From positions 54,560 through 118,559 of the forward strand of contig JAZNKD010000027.1 of assembly GCA_045578385.1 (NCBI GenBank): a stretch of 64,000 nt of DNA, given 5' to 3'. This document shows positions 28,120 through 37,869 of this stretch, piece by piece; position 1 is the stretch's first letter; each line of letters starts with the position of its first letter. The translations under genes were made by a program, and so were the position numbers. The notes beneath the pieces are model-generated. The model made no database searches and had not been told where the DNA came from. It saw only the letters and a program-made list of their open reading frames with translations. The DNA is from Eubacteriales bacterium (GTDB lineage: Bacteria; Bacillota; Clostridia; Oscillospirales; CAG-272).

Positions 28120-29094
28120 TTATGACTGCGGTTCGGAATTTTTTTGCCTCTCGTATTCATATATATGTAACTGAATATCGTCAGGAAGCTGTTCTACCGT
28201 TTTACCCGCGCTGAGATGATATTTGTAATATCCGTCATATTCAGTGCCGTCGGCGTTAATCTTAACCGATACTTTTAAATCTCCGTAATAAGGAGCATTT
28301 TGCTCGAATACACCGCGCTCGTCACCGAAATAAAGCACGTATTCTCCGTTTTCAGTAGAAAGCTTTACGTTAGAAATCTTTTCGTTTTTCTGAATTTCAT
28401 CCGATTTTAGCATATACCATACCTCGCCTTTATTCGAATAGAGGTCTACGTTCATATAATAGTAAACGTACGGCGACGGATATGCAGCAGAGTCAAAAGA
28501 ATTATTCTCAGAGGTCGCTCCGGAATAGAAGTATACACCGCTAAACTGCTTGAATTTATAAGGCTTTACTTCCTGCTTCCCAAAAATCCTCTCTACGTAT
28601 GAAAGGTCGGTTTTACTGCTGACACGTGTGAAGTCTACGTCGATATAATACTTCACTCCGTAAGTTCCCTCAAATATATTTCCCTCGTATTTAGGCTTGT
28701 AGGAATTGAGATTTTTATTTCTCAATCTCGAATTGATTCCAAAAGTGTGCCAATCATCGTTGCCTCCCGTAAAATTGAGGTCAACGTAACTGTAGTATCC
28801 GCTTTTTTCGGTATCTGAAGTAAATCTACATCTTAACTCTGAAACGTAAAGCGGAGTATCGTTATCCTCATAAGCGTAATAACCCGTTCCGTCCGATATT
28901 ATGACGATAAAGAGCCTTATGCCGTTTTGAACAATCTCGTTTTTATCGGTTGAATAGCCTGTAAGCTCGTAAGTTCCTTCAACACTTCTCATTTTCCCGC
29001 TTTTAACCATATAACACGAACAAAGCTGAAGGAGTGAAAAAAGAAGTACACAAGCAAGCATAACCGAGGTCAGTATTTTTTTGATGTTTTTCAT
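28120..29094 (-). CDS. putative lipoprotein
   Basis: Signal peptide with lipobox-like LCSC; AGGAG RBS; Tyr-rich beta domain. Confidence 0.7.
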   Translation of the reverse strand: MKNIKKILTSVMLACVLLFSLLQLCSCYMVKSGKMRSVEGTYELTGYSTDKNEIVQNGIRLFIVIISDGTGYYAYEDNDTPLYVSELRCRFTSDTEKSGYYSYVDLNFTGGNDDWHTFGINSRLRNKNLNSYKPKYEGNIFEGTYGVKYYIDVDFTRVSSKTDLSYVERIFGKQEVKPYKFKQFSGVYFYSGATSENNSFDSAAYPSPYVYYYMNVDLYSNKGEVWYMLKSDEIQKNEKISNVKLSTENGEYVLYFGDERGVFEQNAPYYGDLKVSVKINADGTEYDGYYKYHLSAGKTVEQLPDDIQLHIYEYERQKNSEPQS

Positions 29095-29268
29095 TTTGCT
29101 CTCCTTTTCGGGAGATAGAATCTCCCCTATCTAAATTGTATCATAAAACGAAAATGTTGTCAATCTTTTTCGCAAAACGGCACAAGTAACTTGAAATACC
29201 TATAAAACTGTGATATACTTAATGATATTGAAGCTTATAAGACGTAAATACCGCTAAGGAGTAAACCA

Positions 29269-30063
29269 ATGTTTAAAGTTCATTATTTGGGAACCTGCTC
29301 AGGCACGGAGCCTATGCCGAATATGCATCATACGTCCTCGATTCTTGAGGTTGACGGCTCGCTTTATTGGTTTGACGCAGGCGAGGGCTGCTCACATACA
29401 GCGTATACGATGGGGCTCGACGTTATGAATGCAGAAGCGCTCTTTATTTCTCATCCTCATATAGACCATATCGGCGGTATGGCAAACTTCCTCTTTATGC
29501 TCGATAAATTGATTGTAAGAAACAAGCTCACGCTTGCAAAAAACAACACGCTAGAGGCTTATTTGCCCGATACCGACGTTTTTGAGGCGATAAAGCTTAT
29601 TGCCCTCAGCGGAAGATACGGCAGAAGCGATTTCAAATTCAAGCTAAACGAGCACAGAATAGATAACGGGGTCATATTCGATAACGGGAAAGTACGCGTT
29701 ACAGCGTACGGCAGCGAGCATATTCCAAAAGACTGCGAAAACGGCCTTTTCCGCGCCTTCTCCTTCCGAGTTGAAACGAATGGAAAAAGAATTGTTTTCT
29801 CGGGCGACGTAAAGACACCCGAGACGCTTGACACCGTTATAGGAGATGGCGCAGATCTTCTGGTTATGGAGACCGGTCATCACAAGGTTTCCGACGTATG
29901 CAATTACGCGGTAAGCCGCGGAGTTAAAAAACTAAGATTCAATCATCACGGCAGAGAAATACTCGGTGACAGAGATGCTGCCGAAAGGTTGATTTCGGAT
30001 TACGAAAATAAATACGGAATTTCTATAAAGCTCACGTACGACGGTATGAGCGAGGAATATTAG
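29269..30063 (+). CDS. MBL-fold metallohydrolase (RNase Z-like)
   Basis: LGT.SG.P, FDAGEG, SHPHIDHIGG, FSGD. Confidence 0.85.
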   Translation: MFKVHYLGTCSGTEPMPNMHHTSSILEVDGSLYWFDAGEGCSHTAYTMGLDVMNAEALFISHPHIDHIGGMANFLFMLDKLIVRNKLTLAKNNTLEAYLPDTDVFEAIKLIALSGRYGRSDFKFKLNEHRIDNGVIFDNGKVRVTAYGSEHIPKDCENGLFRAFSFRVETNGKRIVFSGDVKTPETLDTVIGDGADLLVMETGHHKVSDVCNYAVSRGVKKLRFNHHGREILGDRDAAERLISDYENKYGISIKLTYDGMSEEY

Positions 30064-30105
30064 CCCGTTTTTGTAAATTATTGTTGTCATAATCGGAGAG
30101 ATAAA

Positions 30106-30891
30106 ATGTTTGACTATCATATACATACAAGCGTTTCTTTTGATTCAAAGGAAGCTTCAAAAGACGTTTTAGCCGCAGCAAAAGCTGCGGGGCTTCGCGA
30201 GATATGCTTTACCGACCACTACGATTTTCATTTTGAAAAGGGTGCCGCGCACGACCTTTTCACGAAGGAAAGCTACGATAAAGCATATGCAGAATTAGAG
30301 CTTCCCGGAATTTCGGTAAAGCGCGGAGTTGAATTCGGACTTACTGCATGGAACGCCCCCGAGCTTCGCGCACTCAAAAAGGAATATGACTTTGATTTCG
30401 TTCTCGGCTCGGTTCATTACGTAGACGGCTTCGACCCATACGTTAAGGAGTATTGGAATGGTAAAACCCAGGATTTTGCATACAGAAGATACCTTGAGCA
30501 CACTCTAGAATGTGTTAAAGCGCACTCGGAGTTTGATGTTCTCGGACACTTGAATTACGTATGTAAATCTCCAAATAATCCCACACGCTCCCCTCTCTTT
30601 TATGCCGATTACCGTGAAATATGCGACGAGATTATGCGCGAACTCATCAGAAAAGGCAAGGGCATGGAGATAAACACCAGCGGTGTTGACAGAGTCGGAG
30701 ATTTTTTACCGAGCAGAGAGTTTTTGAAACGTTTTTCCGAGCTGGGCGGAGAAATAGTAACCGTAGGCTCTGACGCTCATACGAAGGACCGAGTCGGTCA
30801 GTACAGCAAAGAGGCGCTCGCGATTCTGAAGGATATTTTCGGATACGTATGCACGTTTAATAAGGGCAAACCGATTTTTCACAAGCTTTAA
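30106..30891 (+). CDS. PHP-family histidinol-phosphatase-like protein (HisJ/HisK family)
   Basis: DYHIHT, FTDH, GSVH, GHL, EINTSG, GSDAH. Confidence 0.85.
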   Translation: MFDYHIHTSVSFDSKEASKDVLAAAKAAGLREICFTDHYDFHFEKGAAHDLFTKESYDKAYAELELPGISVKRGVEFGLTAWNAPELRALKKEYDFDFVLGSVHYVDGFDPYVKEYWNGKTQDFAYRRYLEHTLECVKAHSEFDVLGHLNYVCKSPNNPTRSPLFYADYREICDEIMRELIRKGKGMEINTSGVDRVGDFLPSREFLKRFSELGGEIVTVGSDAHTKDRVGQYSKEALAILKDIFGYVCTFNKGKPIFHKL

Positions 30892-30914
30892 AATATAATC
30901 GTTCCGTTTTAAAC

Positions 30915-30980
30915 AAAAATCCCCCGAGGATATATTTGAGCAGCAAAAGCTATCCAAATATCCAACCTCGTGGGATTTTT
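30915..30980. terminator. bidirectional terminator-like hairpin
   Basis: AAAAATCCC..GAGG...CCTC..GGGATTTTT between convergent genes. Confidence 0.55.
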
Positions 30981-31099
30981 ATTTTTAAGACTCTTTATAA
31001 TTGTTTTTTCATTAGGTAATAATAGAAGCAGTTGATATAGCAAAAGATAAATTAAAAAATAAGATTTATCATTTATACTAAATTAAACCAACGTATATC

Positions 31100-31762
31100 T
31101 TATACGATAATTTCAAAATGACGTTTGCGGCAGTCGATAATTCCCTCTTTTTTCATCTTACCGATTTCTGCGGAAAGACCGCTGCGCTCTACCTCAAGAT
31201 AATCTGCAAGCTCCTGTCTGTCAAACGGGATATCAAAGACGTTGCTTCCCGCAATCTTAGCGCGCAGCATAAGGTAAGCAAGAAGCTTATCGCGGGTGTT
31301 GCGCTTTGAGGTAACCTCAATGCGCTCGTGGAAGCTGATATTTTTCTTTGCAAGATTTTTCATCAGATTGAAAATCATTTGAGAATGGAAGCCGCAGGCA
31401 TTCGCGCAGGGCTTGAGTATCCTCGCGCACTCGATAAACATTATCTCGCAAGGCTCGTCAGCTATCACCGATACGGGAATTGAGTCAACGTCGGCGCAAG
31501 CAAAGGCTTCTCCGATTAGCTCCGATGCTTCCGCAGTTGCTATTATACTTCTGTTGCCGTAATAATCGTTTGCCACCGTCTGCACCGAGCCAGAAAGAAC
31601 TATTCCTATATATTTTGCAGGCTTTCCCTCTGTAAAAACGGTATATTTTTTGTCAAAGCTCACAACCCTTGCGCCAAGGCAGGGCAAGAGCGCGGAGAGA
31701 TTCTCCGCCGCGACGTTAAAGAATAACGGACATTTTTGCAAAACTTCAAAATATTTTTTCAT
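31100..31762 (-). CDS. Crp/Fnr family transcriptional regulator (HcpR-like)
   Basis: cNMP-binding-like N-domain, C-terminal HTH RQELADYLEVERSGLS, C.NAC.FH motif. Confidence 0.88.
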   Translation of the reverse strand: MKKYFEVLQKCPLFFNVAAENLSALLPCLGARVVSFDKKYTVFTEGKPAKYIGIVLSGSVQTVANDYYGNRSIIATAEASELIGEAFACADVDSIPVSVIADEPCEIMFIECARILKPCANACGFHSQMIFNLMKNLAKKNISFHERIEVTSKRNTRDKLLAYLMLRAKIAGSNVFDIPFDRQELADYLEVERSGLSAEIGKMKKEGIIDCRKRHFEIIV

Positions 31763-31774
31763 TTTTTCACCTTT

Positions 31775-31790
31775 TGTTGAAAATTCAACA
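31775..31790. promoter_or_regulatory. palindromic operator candidate
   Basis: TGTTGA-AAAT-TCAACA in the 88-bp divergent region between the regulator and ldh. Confidence 0.55.
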
Positions 31791-31850
31791 TACTTTACGG
31801 AAATATTATACTATAATAAATTCAGAAAAGCAAGGAGAAAACAAGATTTT

Positions 31851-32885
31851 ATGAAAATAGCATTTTTTGATGCAAAATCATACGACAAGCCGTCATTCGA
31901 AAAATACGGAAATGAAAACGGAGTGGTTTTCAAATACTTTGAAACTAAGCTAAACGAGGATACCGTAGAGCTTGCGGCAGGCTTCGACGGAGTGTGCGTA
32001 TTCGTAAACGACACCGTAAACGACAAGGTGATAGACAGACTTGCAAATCTCGGTGTGAAGTTCGCAGCGCTCAGATGCGCCGGCTTTAACAACGTCGATA
32101 TGAAATACGCTTACGGAAAGCTTCACGTTTTTCGCGTTCCCGCTTATTCGCCTTACGCTGTGGCAGAGCATACTATGGCTCTTTTGCTGACCTCAATACG
32201 CAGAATCCACAAGGCTTATATAAGAACGAGAGATTTCAATTTCAGTCTTTCGGGAATGACGGGCTTCGACCTTCACGGAAAAACCGTCGGTGTTATCGGC
32301 ACCGGAAGAATAGGCAAAGCGTTTATTGATATATGCCTCGGCTTCGGTATGAGGGTTCTCGCGTACGATAAGTTCAAGAATCCCGACCTTGATAACGGCG
32401 ACACGGTAAAATACGTAACGCTCGACGAGCTTTTTGAAAAGAGCGATATTATTTCCCTGCACTGCCCCCTCACCGACGAAACCTATCACCTGATAAACGA
32501 AGTGTCGCTTGATAAATGCAAAAAGGGTGTGGTTATCCTCAATACGTCAAGAGGGGCGCTCGTTGATGCGGAGGCTCTACTTTCGGGAATCAAATCCCGT
32601 AGGGTAGGCGCGGCATGCCTCGACGTTTACGAGGAGGAGTCGGACTTCTTCTTTGAAGATAAATCGGGACACATTCTCGACGACGATATTCTCGCAAGGC
32701 TCATTTCAATGCCGAACGTAATAGTTACCTCGCATCAGGCTTTTCTTACGGAAGAAGCTCTTTCGAATATAGCGGAAACCACGGTAAATAATATCGTCGA
32801 ATTTTCTGAAAGCGGCAAGTGCAAAAACGAGCTTTGCTACCGTTTCGGAAATACCGAAGATTGCAAAACGGGAAAATGCTTTTAA
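31851..32885 (+). CDS. ldhA: D-lactate / D-2-hydroxyacid dehydrogenase
   Basis: MKIAFF, LRCAGFNNVD, VPAYSP.AVAEH, GVIGTGRIG, NTSRG, LDVYEEE, TSHQAF; AAGGAG RBS. Confidence 0.88.
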   Translation: MKIAFFDAKSYDKPSFEKYGNENGVVFKYFETKLNEDTVELAAGFDGVCVFVNDTVNDKVIDRLANLGVKFAALRCAGFNNVDMKYAYGKLHVFRVPAYSPYAVAEHTMALLLTSIRRIHKAYIRTRDFNFSLSGMTGFDLHGKTVGVIGTGRIGKAFIDICLGFGMRVLAYDKFKNPDLDNGDTVKYVTLDELFEKSDIISLHCPLTDETYHLINEVSLDKCKKGVVILNTSRGALVDAEALLSGIKSRRVGAACLDVYEEESDFFFEDKSGHILDDDILARLISMPNVIVTSHQAFLTEEALSNIAETTVNNIVEFSESGKCKNELCYRFGNTEDCKTGKCF

Positions 32886-32900
32886 AAACGGAGAATCACA

Positions 32901-33272
32901 ATGATTAAAGCATCGGTGCAATGGCCCTGCCAGATAAAGCTTGTTCCAACGTATGCGCCTTATTTTGATGAAGCAAATCTGCTTATCGCCGCAGATTGCA
33001 CGGCTTACGCGTACGGGAACTTCCATAATGATTTTATAAACAAGCATATAACGCTTATCGGATGCCCGAGGCTTGACGAGGGTGACTACGCGGAAAAGCT
33101 CACAGAAATATTATCGAACAACAATATAGAAAGCATCACCGTCGTGCGTATGGATGTTACCTGCTGCAAAGAGATAGAAAACGCGGTCAAAAGAGCCGTT
33201 ACTGCAAGCAAAAAAAATATTCCCGTAAAAATAATTACCGTAACAACAAACGGAAAAATACTTGAAATCTAA
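32901..33272 (+). CDS. Cys-rich Fe-S-binding-like protein (C-terminal domain of hcp-associated ferredoxin-like proteins)
   Basis: QWPCQIKLVP, AADCTAYA, GCPRLD, MDVTCC. Confidence 0.7.
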   Translation: MIKASVQWPCQIKLVPTYAPYFDEANLLIAADCTAYAYGNFHNDFINKHITLIGCPRLDEGDYAEKLTEILSNNNIESITVVRMDVTCCKEIENAVKRAVTASKKNIPVKIITVTTNGKILEI

Positions 33273-33298
33273 AATCCATAATGGTATAATTATTATAA
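33262..33298 (+). promoter_or_regulatory. sigma-A promoter overlapped by PerR-like box
   Basis: TTGAAA-17-TATAAT; GTATAATTATTATAA (33284-98) matches 14/15 of Per box TTATAATNATTATAA. Confidence 0.7.
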
Positions 33299-33325
33299 AG
33301 GACTTAAACGAAAGAGGCAAACAAA

Positions 33326-35116
33326 ATGTTTATCACAGAGGATATAAAATACGTAGGCGTTAACGATAGAAAAATAGATCTGTTCGAGGGACAGTATTCC
33401 GTTCCGAACGGCATGTCTTATAACTCTTACGTTATAATTGACGAAAAAATCGCGGTTATGGACAGCGTTGACGCGGCGTTCACTCACGAATGGCTTGACA
33501 ATATTCAGAACGCGCTTGGAAAAAGAACTCCCGATTATCTCGTAGTACAGCATATGGAGCCTGACCACTCGGCAAATATAATAAGCTTTATAAAAGCATT
33601 TCCCGACGCTAAAATAGTCTCCTCGGCAAAGGCTTTCGGAATGATGAAAAACTTTTTCGGAACGGCGTTTGAGGAAAAGCAGACAGTCGTAGGCGAGGGC
33701 TCAAAGCTTTCGCTCGGAAGCCACGAGCTTACCTTTATAACGGCGCCTATGGTGCATTGGCCCGAGGTTATCGTTACCTACGATGCTAAGGATAAGGTGC
33801 TGTTTTCGGCAGACGGATTCGGTAAATTCGGCGCGATAGACGCGGACGAGCCCTGGGCAGACGAGGCAAGAAGATATTATATCGGAATCGTAGGCAAATA
33901 CGGCGCGCAGGTACAGAGTCTTTTGAAAAAGGCGGCAGCGCTCGATATTGAAGAAATATGCCCCCTGCACGGCCCCGTGCTTTCCGAAAACCTCGGCTAC
34001 TATCTTGACCTTTACAGCACTTGGTCGAGCTATCAACCCGAAAGCGACGGTATTGTAATTGCATATACCTCGGTTTACGGAAACACTAAAAGAGCCGTAA
34101 TGAGCCTTGCTGAAAAGCTTAAAGCAAAGGGCTGCCCTGAGGTAGTCGTTCACGACCTTGCAAGATGCGATATCTCGGAAGCAGTATCCGACGCGTTCAG
34201 ATATTCAAAGCTCGTGCTTGCAACAACTACTTATAACGCTGATATCTTCCCGTTTATGCGAAGCTTTATCGAGCATCTTACCGAGCGCGGTTTTAAAAAC
34301 CGTACCGTAGCGCTGATTGAAAACGGAAGCTGGGCGCCTATGGCGGCAAAAATTATGAAGGAAATGCTCGGCGAAGCAAAAAATATAACCTTCACCGACA
34401 CGTCTGTAAGAATACTTTCAGCGCTTAGCGATGACTCCAAGGAGCAGCTCGAGCAGCTCTCGGGTGAGCTTTGCAGAGAATATATCGCAATGAATGAGGG
34501 TCTCGCCGATAAAAACAATCTTACGGCTTTGTTTAATATAGGTTACGGATTATACGTAGTTACGTCAAACGACGGTAAAAAGGACAACGGACTGATTCTT
34601 AACAGCGTTTCCCAGGTAACGAATTCACCAAACAGAATAGCCGTTACCATAAACAAAGAAAGCTACTCGCATCACGTGATAAAGCAGACGGGTATTATGA
34701 ACCTTAACTGCCTTACAACCGAAGCTCCCTTTAAGGTCTTCGAAACCTTTGGGTTTGCCAGCGGGCGCAACGTTGATAAATTCAAAAATTGCGAGCCGGA
34801 ACGCTCTGATAACGGACTTGCATTCCTGCCAAGATATATAAATTCATTCATATCTCTCAAGGTTGAGAAATATATTGATTTTGACACGCACGGTATGTTC
34901 ATATGCTCGATAACCGAATCGAGAGTTTTATCCGACAAGGAAACTATGACGTACACCTACTATCAGAACAACGTCAAGCCAAAGCCCAAAACATACGGTA
35001 AGCGCGGATACGTGTGCAAAATATGCGGTTACGTCTATGAGGGAGACGTTCTTCCCGAGGACTTCATCTGCCCGCTTTGCAAGCACGGAGCGTCCGACTT
35101 TGAAGAAATAAAATAG
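33326..35116 (+). CDS. fprA: flavodiiron protein with flavin reductase and rubredoxin domains
   Basis: HMEPDHS, HWPE, SAD.FG, PLHG, flavodoxin YTSVYGNT, YGLYVVTS flavin reductase, C-terminal CKICG..CPLC. Confidence 0.92.
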   Translation: MFITEDIKYVGVNDRKIDLFEGQYSVPNGMSYNSYVIIDEKIAVMDSVDAAFTHEWLDNIQNALGKRTPDYLVVQHMEPDHSANIISFIKAFPDAKIVSSAKAFGMMKNFFGTAFEEKQTVVGEGSKLSLGSHELTFITAPMVHWPEVIVTYDAKDKVLFSADGFGKFGAIDADEPWADEARRYYIGIVGKYGAQVQSLLKKAAALDIEEICPLHGPVLSENLGYYLDLYSTWSSYQPESDGIVIAYTSVYGNTKRAVMSLAEKLKAKGCPEVVVHDLARCDISEAVSDAFRYSKLVLATTTYNADIFPFMRSFIEHLTERGFKNRTVALIENGSWAPMAAKIMKEMLGEAKNITFTDTSVRILSALSDDSKEQLEQLSGELCREYIAMNEGLADKNNLTALFNIGYGLYVVTSNDGKKDNGLILNSVSQVTNSPNRIAVTINKESYSHHVIKQTGIMNLNCLTTEAPFKVFETFGFASGRNVDKFKNCEPERSDNGLAFLPRYINSFISLKVEKYIDFDTHGMFICSITESRVLSDKETMTYTYYQNNVKPKPKTYGKRGYVCKICGYVYEGDVLPEDFICPLCKHGASDFEEIK

Positions 35117-35155
35117 TATATATAAATATTACAACCTGACAAAAGGAGAAAAATT

Positions 35156-35536
35156 ATGAAAAACACTAAATTCTATATCTGCGAAAGATGCGGAAATATC
35201 GTCGAAATTATACACGACTCAGGCGTAACCCCCTCTTGCTGCGGTCAGAAAATGACGGAGCTTGAAGCAGGCGTCGTTGAAGCCAGCCGAGAAAAGCACA
35301 TTCCCGTAGTTGAAGTTAAAGACGGTAAGGTTAGGGTTATCGTTGGCTCGGTGCTTCATCCTATGACCGAAGAACACAGCATCACTTGGGTATATCTCAA
35401 AACCGATAAGGGCAGTCAGCACAAGCTGCTCCGTCCGACAGACGCCCCCGAGGTAACGTTTGCGCTCGCAGACGAAAAGCCTATCGCGGTTTACGCTTAC
35501 TGCAATCTTCACGGACTTTGGAAGTCTGAAGTTTAA
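35156..35536 (+). CDS. desulfoferrodoxin (superoxide reductase)
   Basis: CERCGN..CCG, EKHIP, HPM..EH.I, YCNLHGLW. Confidence 0.93.
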   Translation: MKNTKFYICERCGNIVEIIHDSGVTPSCCGQKMTELEAGVVEASREKHIPVVEVKDGKVRVIVGSVLHPMTEEHSITWVYLKTDKGSQHKLLRPTDAPEVTFALADEKPIAVYAYCNLHGLWKSEV

Positions 35537-35555
35537 AAAACAAGGAGAAAACAAT

Positions 35556-36068
35556 ATGCTTAATGCAAAGGTACACGAGCTGTTGAATCAGCAGATTAAC
35601 AAGGAATTTTACTCGGCATATCTATATCTTGATTTCTCAAACTACTTTAAGGCGCAGGGCCTTGACGGATTTGCAAATTGGTATATGGTTCAGGCGCAGG
35701 AAGAACGAGACCACGCGATGCTTTTCTATACCTACCTTCAGAACGAAAATATGCCCGTCGAACTTGATGCTATCGCGAAGCCCGATAAAACGTTTACGTC
35801 TCATATGGACGTTCTTCGCGCAGGGCTTGAGCACGAGGAATACGTAACGTCCCTTATAAACGACATATACGGCGCGGCTTACGACGTAAGAGATTTCAGA
35901 ACTATGCAATTTCTCGACTGGTTTGTAAAAGAACAGGGCGAAGAAGAAACCAACGCTAACGATATGATATCAAAAATGGAGCTTTTCGGTTCCGACCCCA
36001 AGAGCCTTTATATGCTCAACCAGGAGCTTGCGGCAAGAGTTTATACCGCGCCGTCGCTTGTTCTTTGA
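35556..36068 (+). CDS. ftnA: ferritin
   Basis: LNQQINKEFYSAYLY, EERDHA, FLDWFVKEQGEEE; AAGGAG RBS. Confidence 0.92.
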   Translation: MLNAKVHELLNQQINKEFYSAYLYLDFSNYFKAQGLDGFANWYMVQAQEERDHAMLFYTYLQNENMPVELDAIAKPDKTFTSHMDVLRAGLEHEEYVTSLINDIYGAAYDVRDFRTMQFLDWFVKEQGEEETNANDMISKMELFGSDPKSLYMLNQELAARVYTAPSLVL

Positions 36069-36108
36069 TGAAAATGTAAACAATTCTTTGTATATAAGGA
36101 GATAAATT

Positions 36109-36270
36109 ATGAAAAAATATGTTTGTGACGTATGCGGCTGGACTTACGATGAGGAGCTTGGAGATGCCGAAAACGGCATAGCTCCCGGCACTAAATTCGA
36201 GGACCTTCCCGATGATTTCGTTTGCCCTCTTTGCGGAGTAGGCAAAGAAAACTTCAGCGAAGAAGAATAA
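36109..36270 (+). CDS. rubredoxin (53 aa; not in supplied ORF track)
   Basis: [62 protein letters not shown]. Confidence 0.96.
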   Translation: MKKYVCDVCGWTYDEELGDAENGIAPGTKFEDLPDDFVCPLCGVGKENFSEEE

Positions 36271-36309
36271 AAGCAAGGATATAAATTTAAGTAAGTTAAA
36301 TTAAAAGCT

Positions 36310-36348
36310 AGCTTGGGGATATTGGCGAATCGATATCCCCAAGCTTTT
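36310..36348 (+). terminator. intrinsic terminator
   Basis: AGCTTGGGGATAT...ATATCCCCAAGCT-TTT. Confidence 0.75.
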
Positions 36349-36486
36349 ATTTACCGTAAAAACATAAATTCAAATCTTGGAATCATATCTTTTCAAATTA
36401 TCATATTGACTGCAAAAAAATCTTGTGATATAATACGAAATTGTAAAAACACGTTGCCAAAGCAACCACGAAACAGGAGAATAAAA

Positions 36487-37275
36487 TTGGAATTAAAACC
36501 AAGAACGGCCGATACGGATATTTACGCCGAGTATCTTCTCTGCCTTGCGCTTGACGTTGGCGAGGGAATGTTAAAAAACGGCGGTGAGATTAGCCGAGTT
36601 GAAGATACGATAGAGAGAATTTGCAAGGCATACGGAGCCGCGCACATTGAGGTTTTCTCTATAATTTCATTTATAAGCGCAGCCGTAAGAATGCCCGACG
36701 GCTCTTATTCATCTCAGTTCAGAAGAATAAAAACTACAGGCATGAATCTTAACACGCTCGAAAAGCTGAACGCATTATCAAGAGAAATTTGCGCTACTAC
36801 TCCCTCGCTTGAGGCTTTTGACCAAAAAATTAAAGACTTAAAGAAAATGCCGCCTTATCCGATGTATATGAGAATCGCGGCTTGCTCTGCCGCTGTAGGA
36901 GGCTTTGCGCTTTTCTTCGGCGGAAATCTTTTAGATGCGCTCATATCTATGCTCATAGGAGCAATTATATGTCTTGTTGATATTTATTCGTCGGCAAGAC
37001 TCAGCGCTATGGCAAAAACGGTAATTTCATCGTTTATCGCAACGATTATTGCGGGACTTTCCGCAAGGATAGGTCTGAACAGCAACCCCGACTATATAAT
37101 AATAGGCTCAATTATGATACTCGTGCCGGGACTCGCTTTCGGTACTGCTCTGCGCGATTTACTCTGCGGAGACCTTCTTTCCGGCTCTTTAAAAACGCTC
37201 CAGGCGTGCCTTGGCGCTCTTATGATTGCTTTCGGATATATGCTTGGCTCGGCGCTTCTCGGAGGTCCCGTATGA
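36487..37275 (+). CDS. ThrE family threonine/serine exporter, large subunit
   Basis: GGEISRVEDTIERI, LNALSR, LVPG...RD...G; TTG 36487 after AGGAG. Confidence 0.85.
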   Translation: MELKPRTADTDIYAEYLLCLALDVGEGMLKNGGEISRVEDTIERICKAYGAAHIEVFSIISFISAAVRMPDGSYSSQFRRIKTTGMNLNTLEKLNALSREICATTPSLEAFDQKIKDLKKMPPYPMYMRIAACSAAVGGFALFFGGNLLDALISMLIGAIICLVDIYSSARLSAMAKTVISSFIATIIAGLSARIGLNSNPDYIIIGSIMILVPGLAFGTALRDLLCGDLLSGSLKTLQACLGALMIAFGYMLGSALLGGPV

Positions 37276-37739
37276 ACTTCTTTACATTAGAACTTTTAAT
37301 TCAGCTCGTAACCTCGTTTATCACCTCGGTTGCCTTTGCCATAATGTTCAGAATAAATAAGCGGCACCTCGTTCACGTGGGTATTTGCGGAACGCTGACA
37401 TATGCTGTATATTACACCCTCTTATTTTTCACGTCTTCCCTTTTCGTATCGGGCTTCGTATCATCAATGGTAACGGCTCTTTACGCCGAGCTTTTTGCGA
37501 GAATCAGACGTGCACCCACCATAGTTTTCGTGCTTCCGGGTATCGTCCCGACCGTCCCCGGCGGAAGCCTTTACCGCGGTACGAGGGACCTTCTTTTAAG
37601 AAACGTTGAGGGGGCTATAGAAAACTTCGCCGCGACGCTCGAAGTCGGCATAGGCATTGCCGGAGGCATTGTTGCAGTTTCAATAATTATCGGAATCATA
37701 GTCGATTCGATGGCAAAGCATAAAAAAAATAATATATAG
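37272..37739 (+). CDS. ThrE family exporter, small subunit
   Basis: AP...F..PGIVP.VPGG..Y; ATGA overlap. Confidence 0.82.
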   Translation: MNFFTLELLIQLVTSFITSVAFAIMFRINKRHLVHVGICGTLTYAVYYTLLFFTSSLFVSGFVSSMVTALYAELFARIRRAPTIVFVLPGIVPTVPGGSLYRGTRDLLLRNVEGAIENFAATLEVGIGIAGGIVAVSIIIGIIVDSMAKHKKNNI

Positions 37740-37869
37740 CTTCTTTTTCGAGAACACCTCGTATTTATGTACAAATCATTGCCATTTTTTGACATAATAG
37801 TGAATAAAGCTTGCTTTTTCCTATTTTTTGTGCTATAATACGAGGTGTTTTTTAGAAAGGAGAATATAT

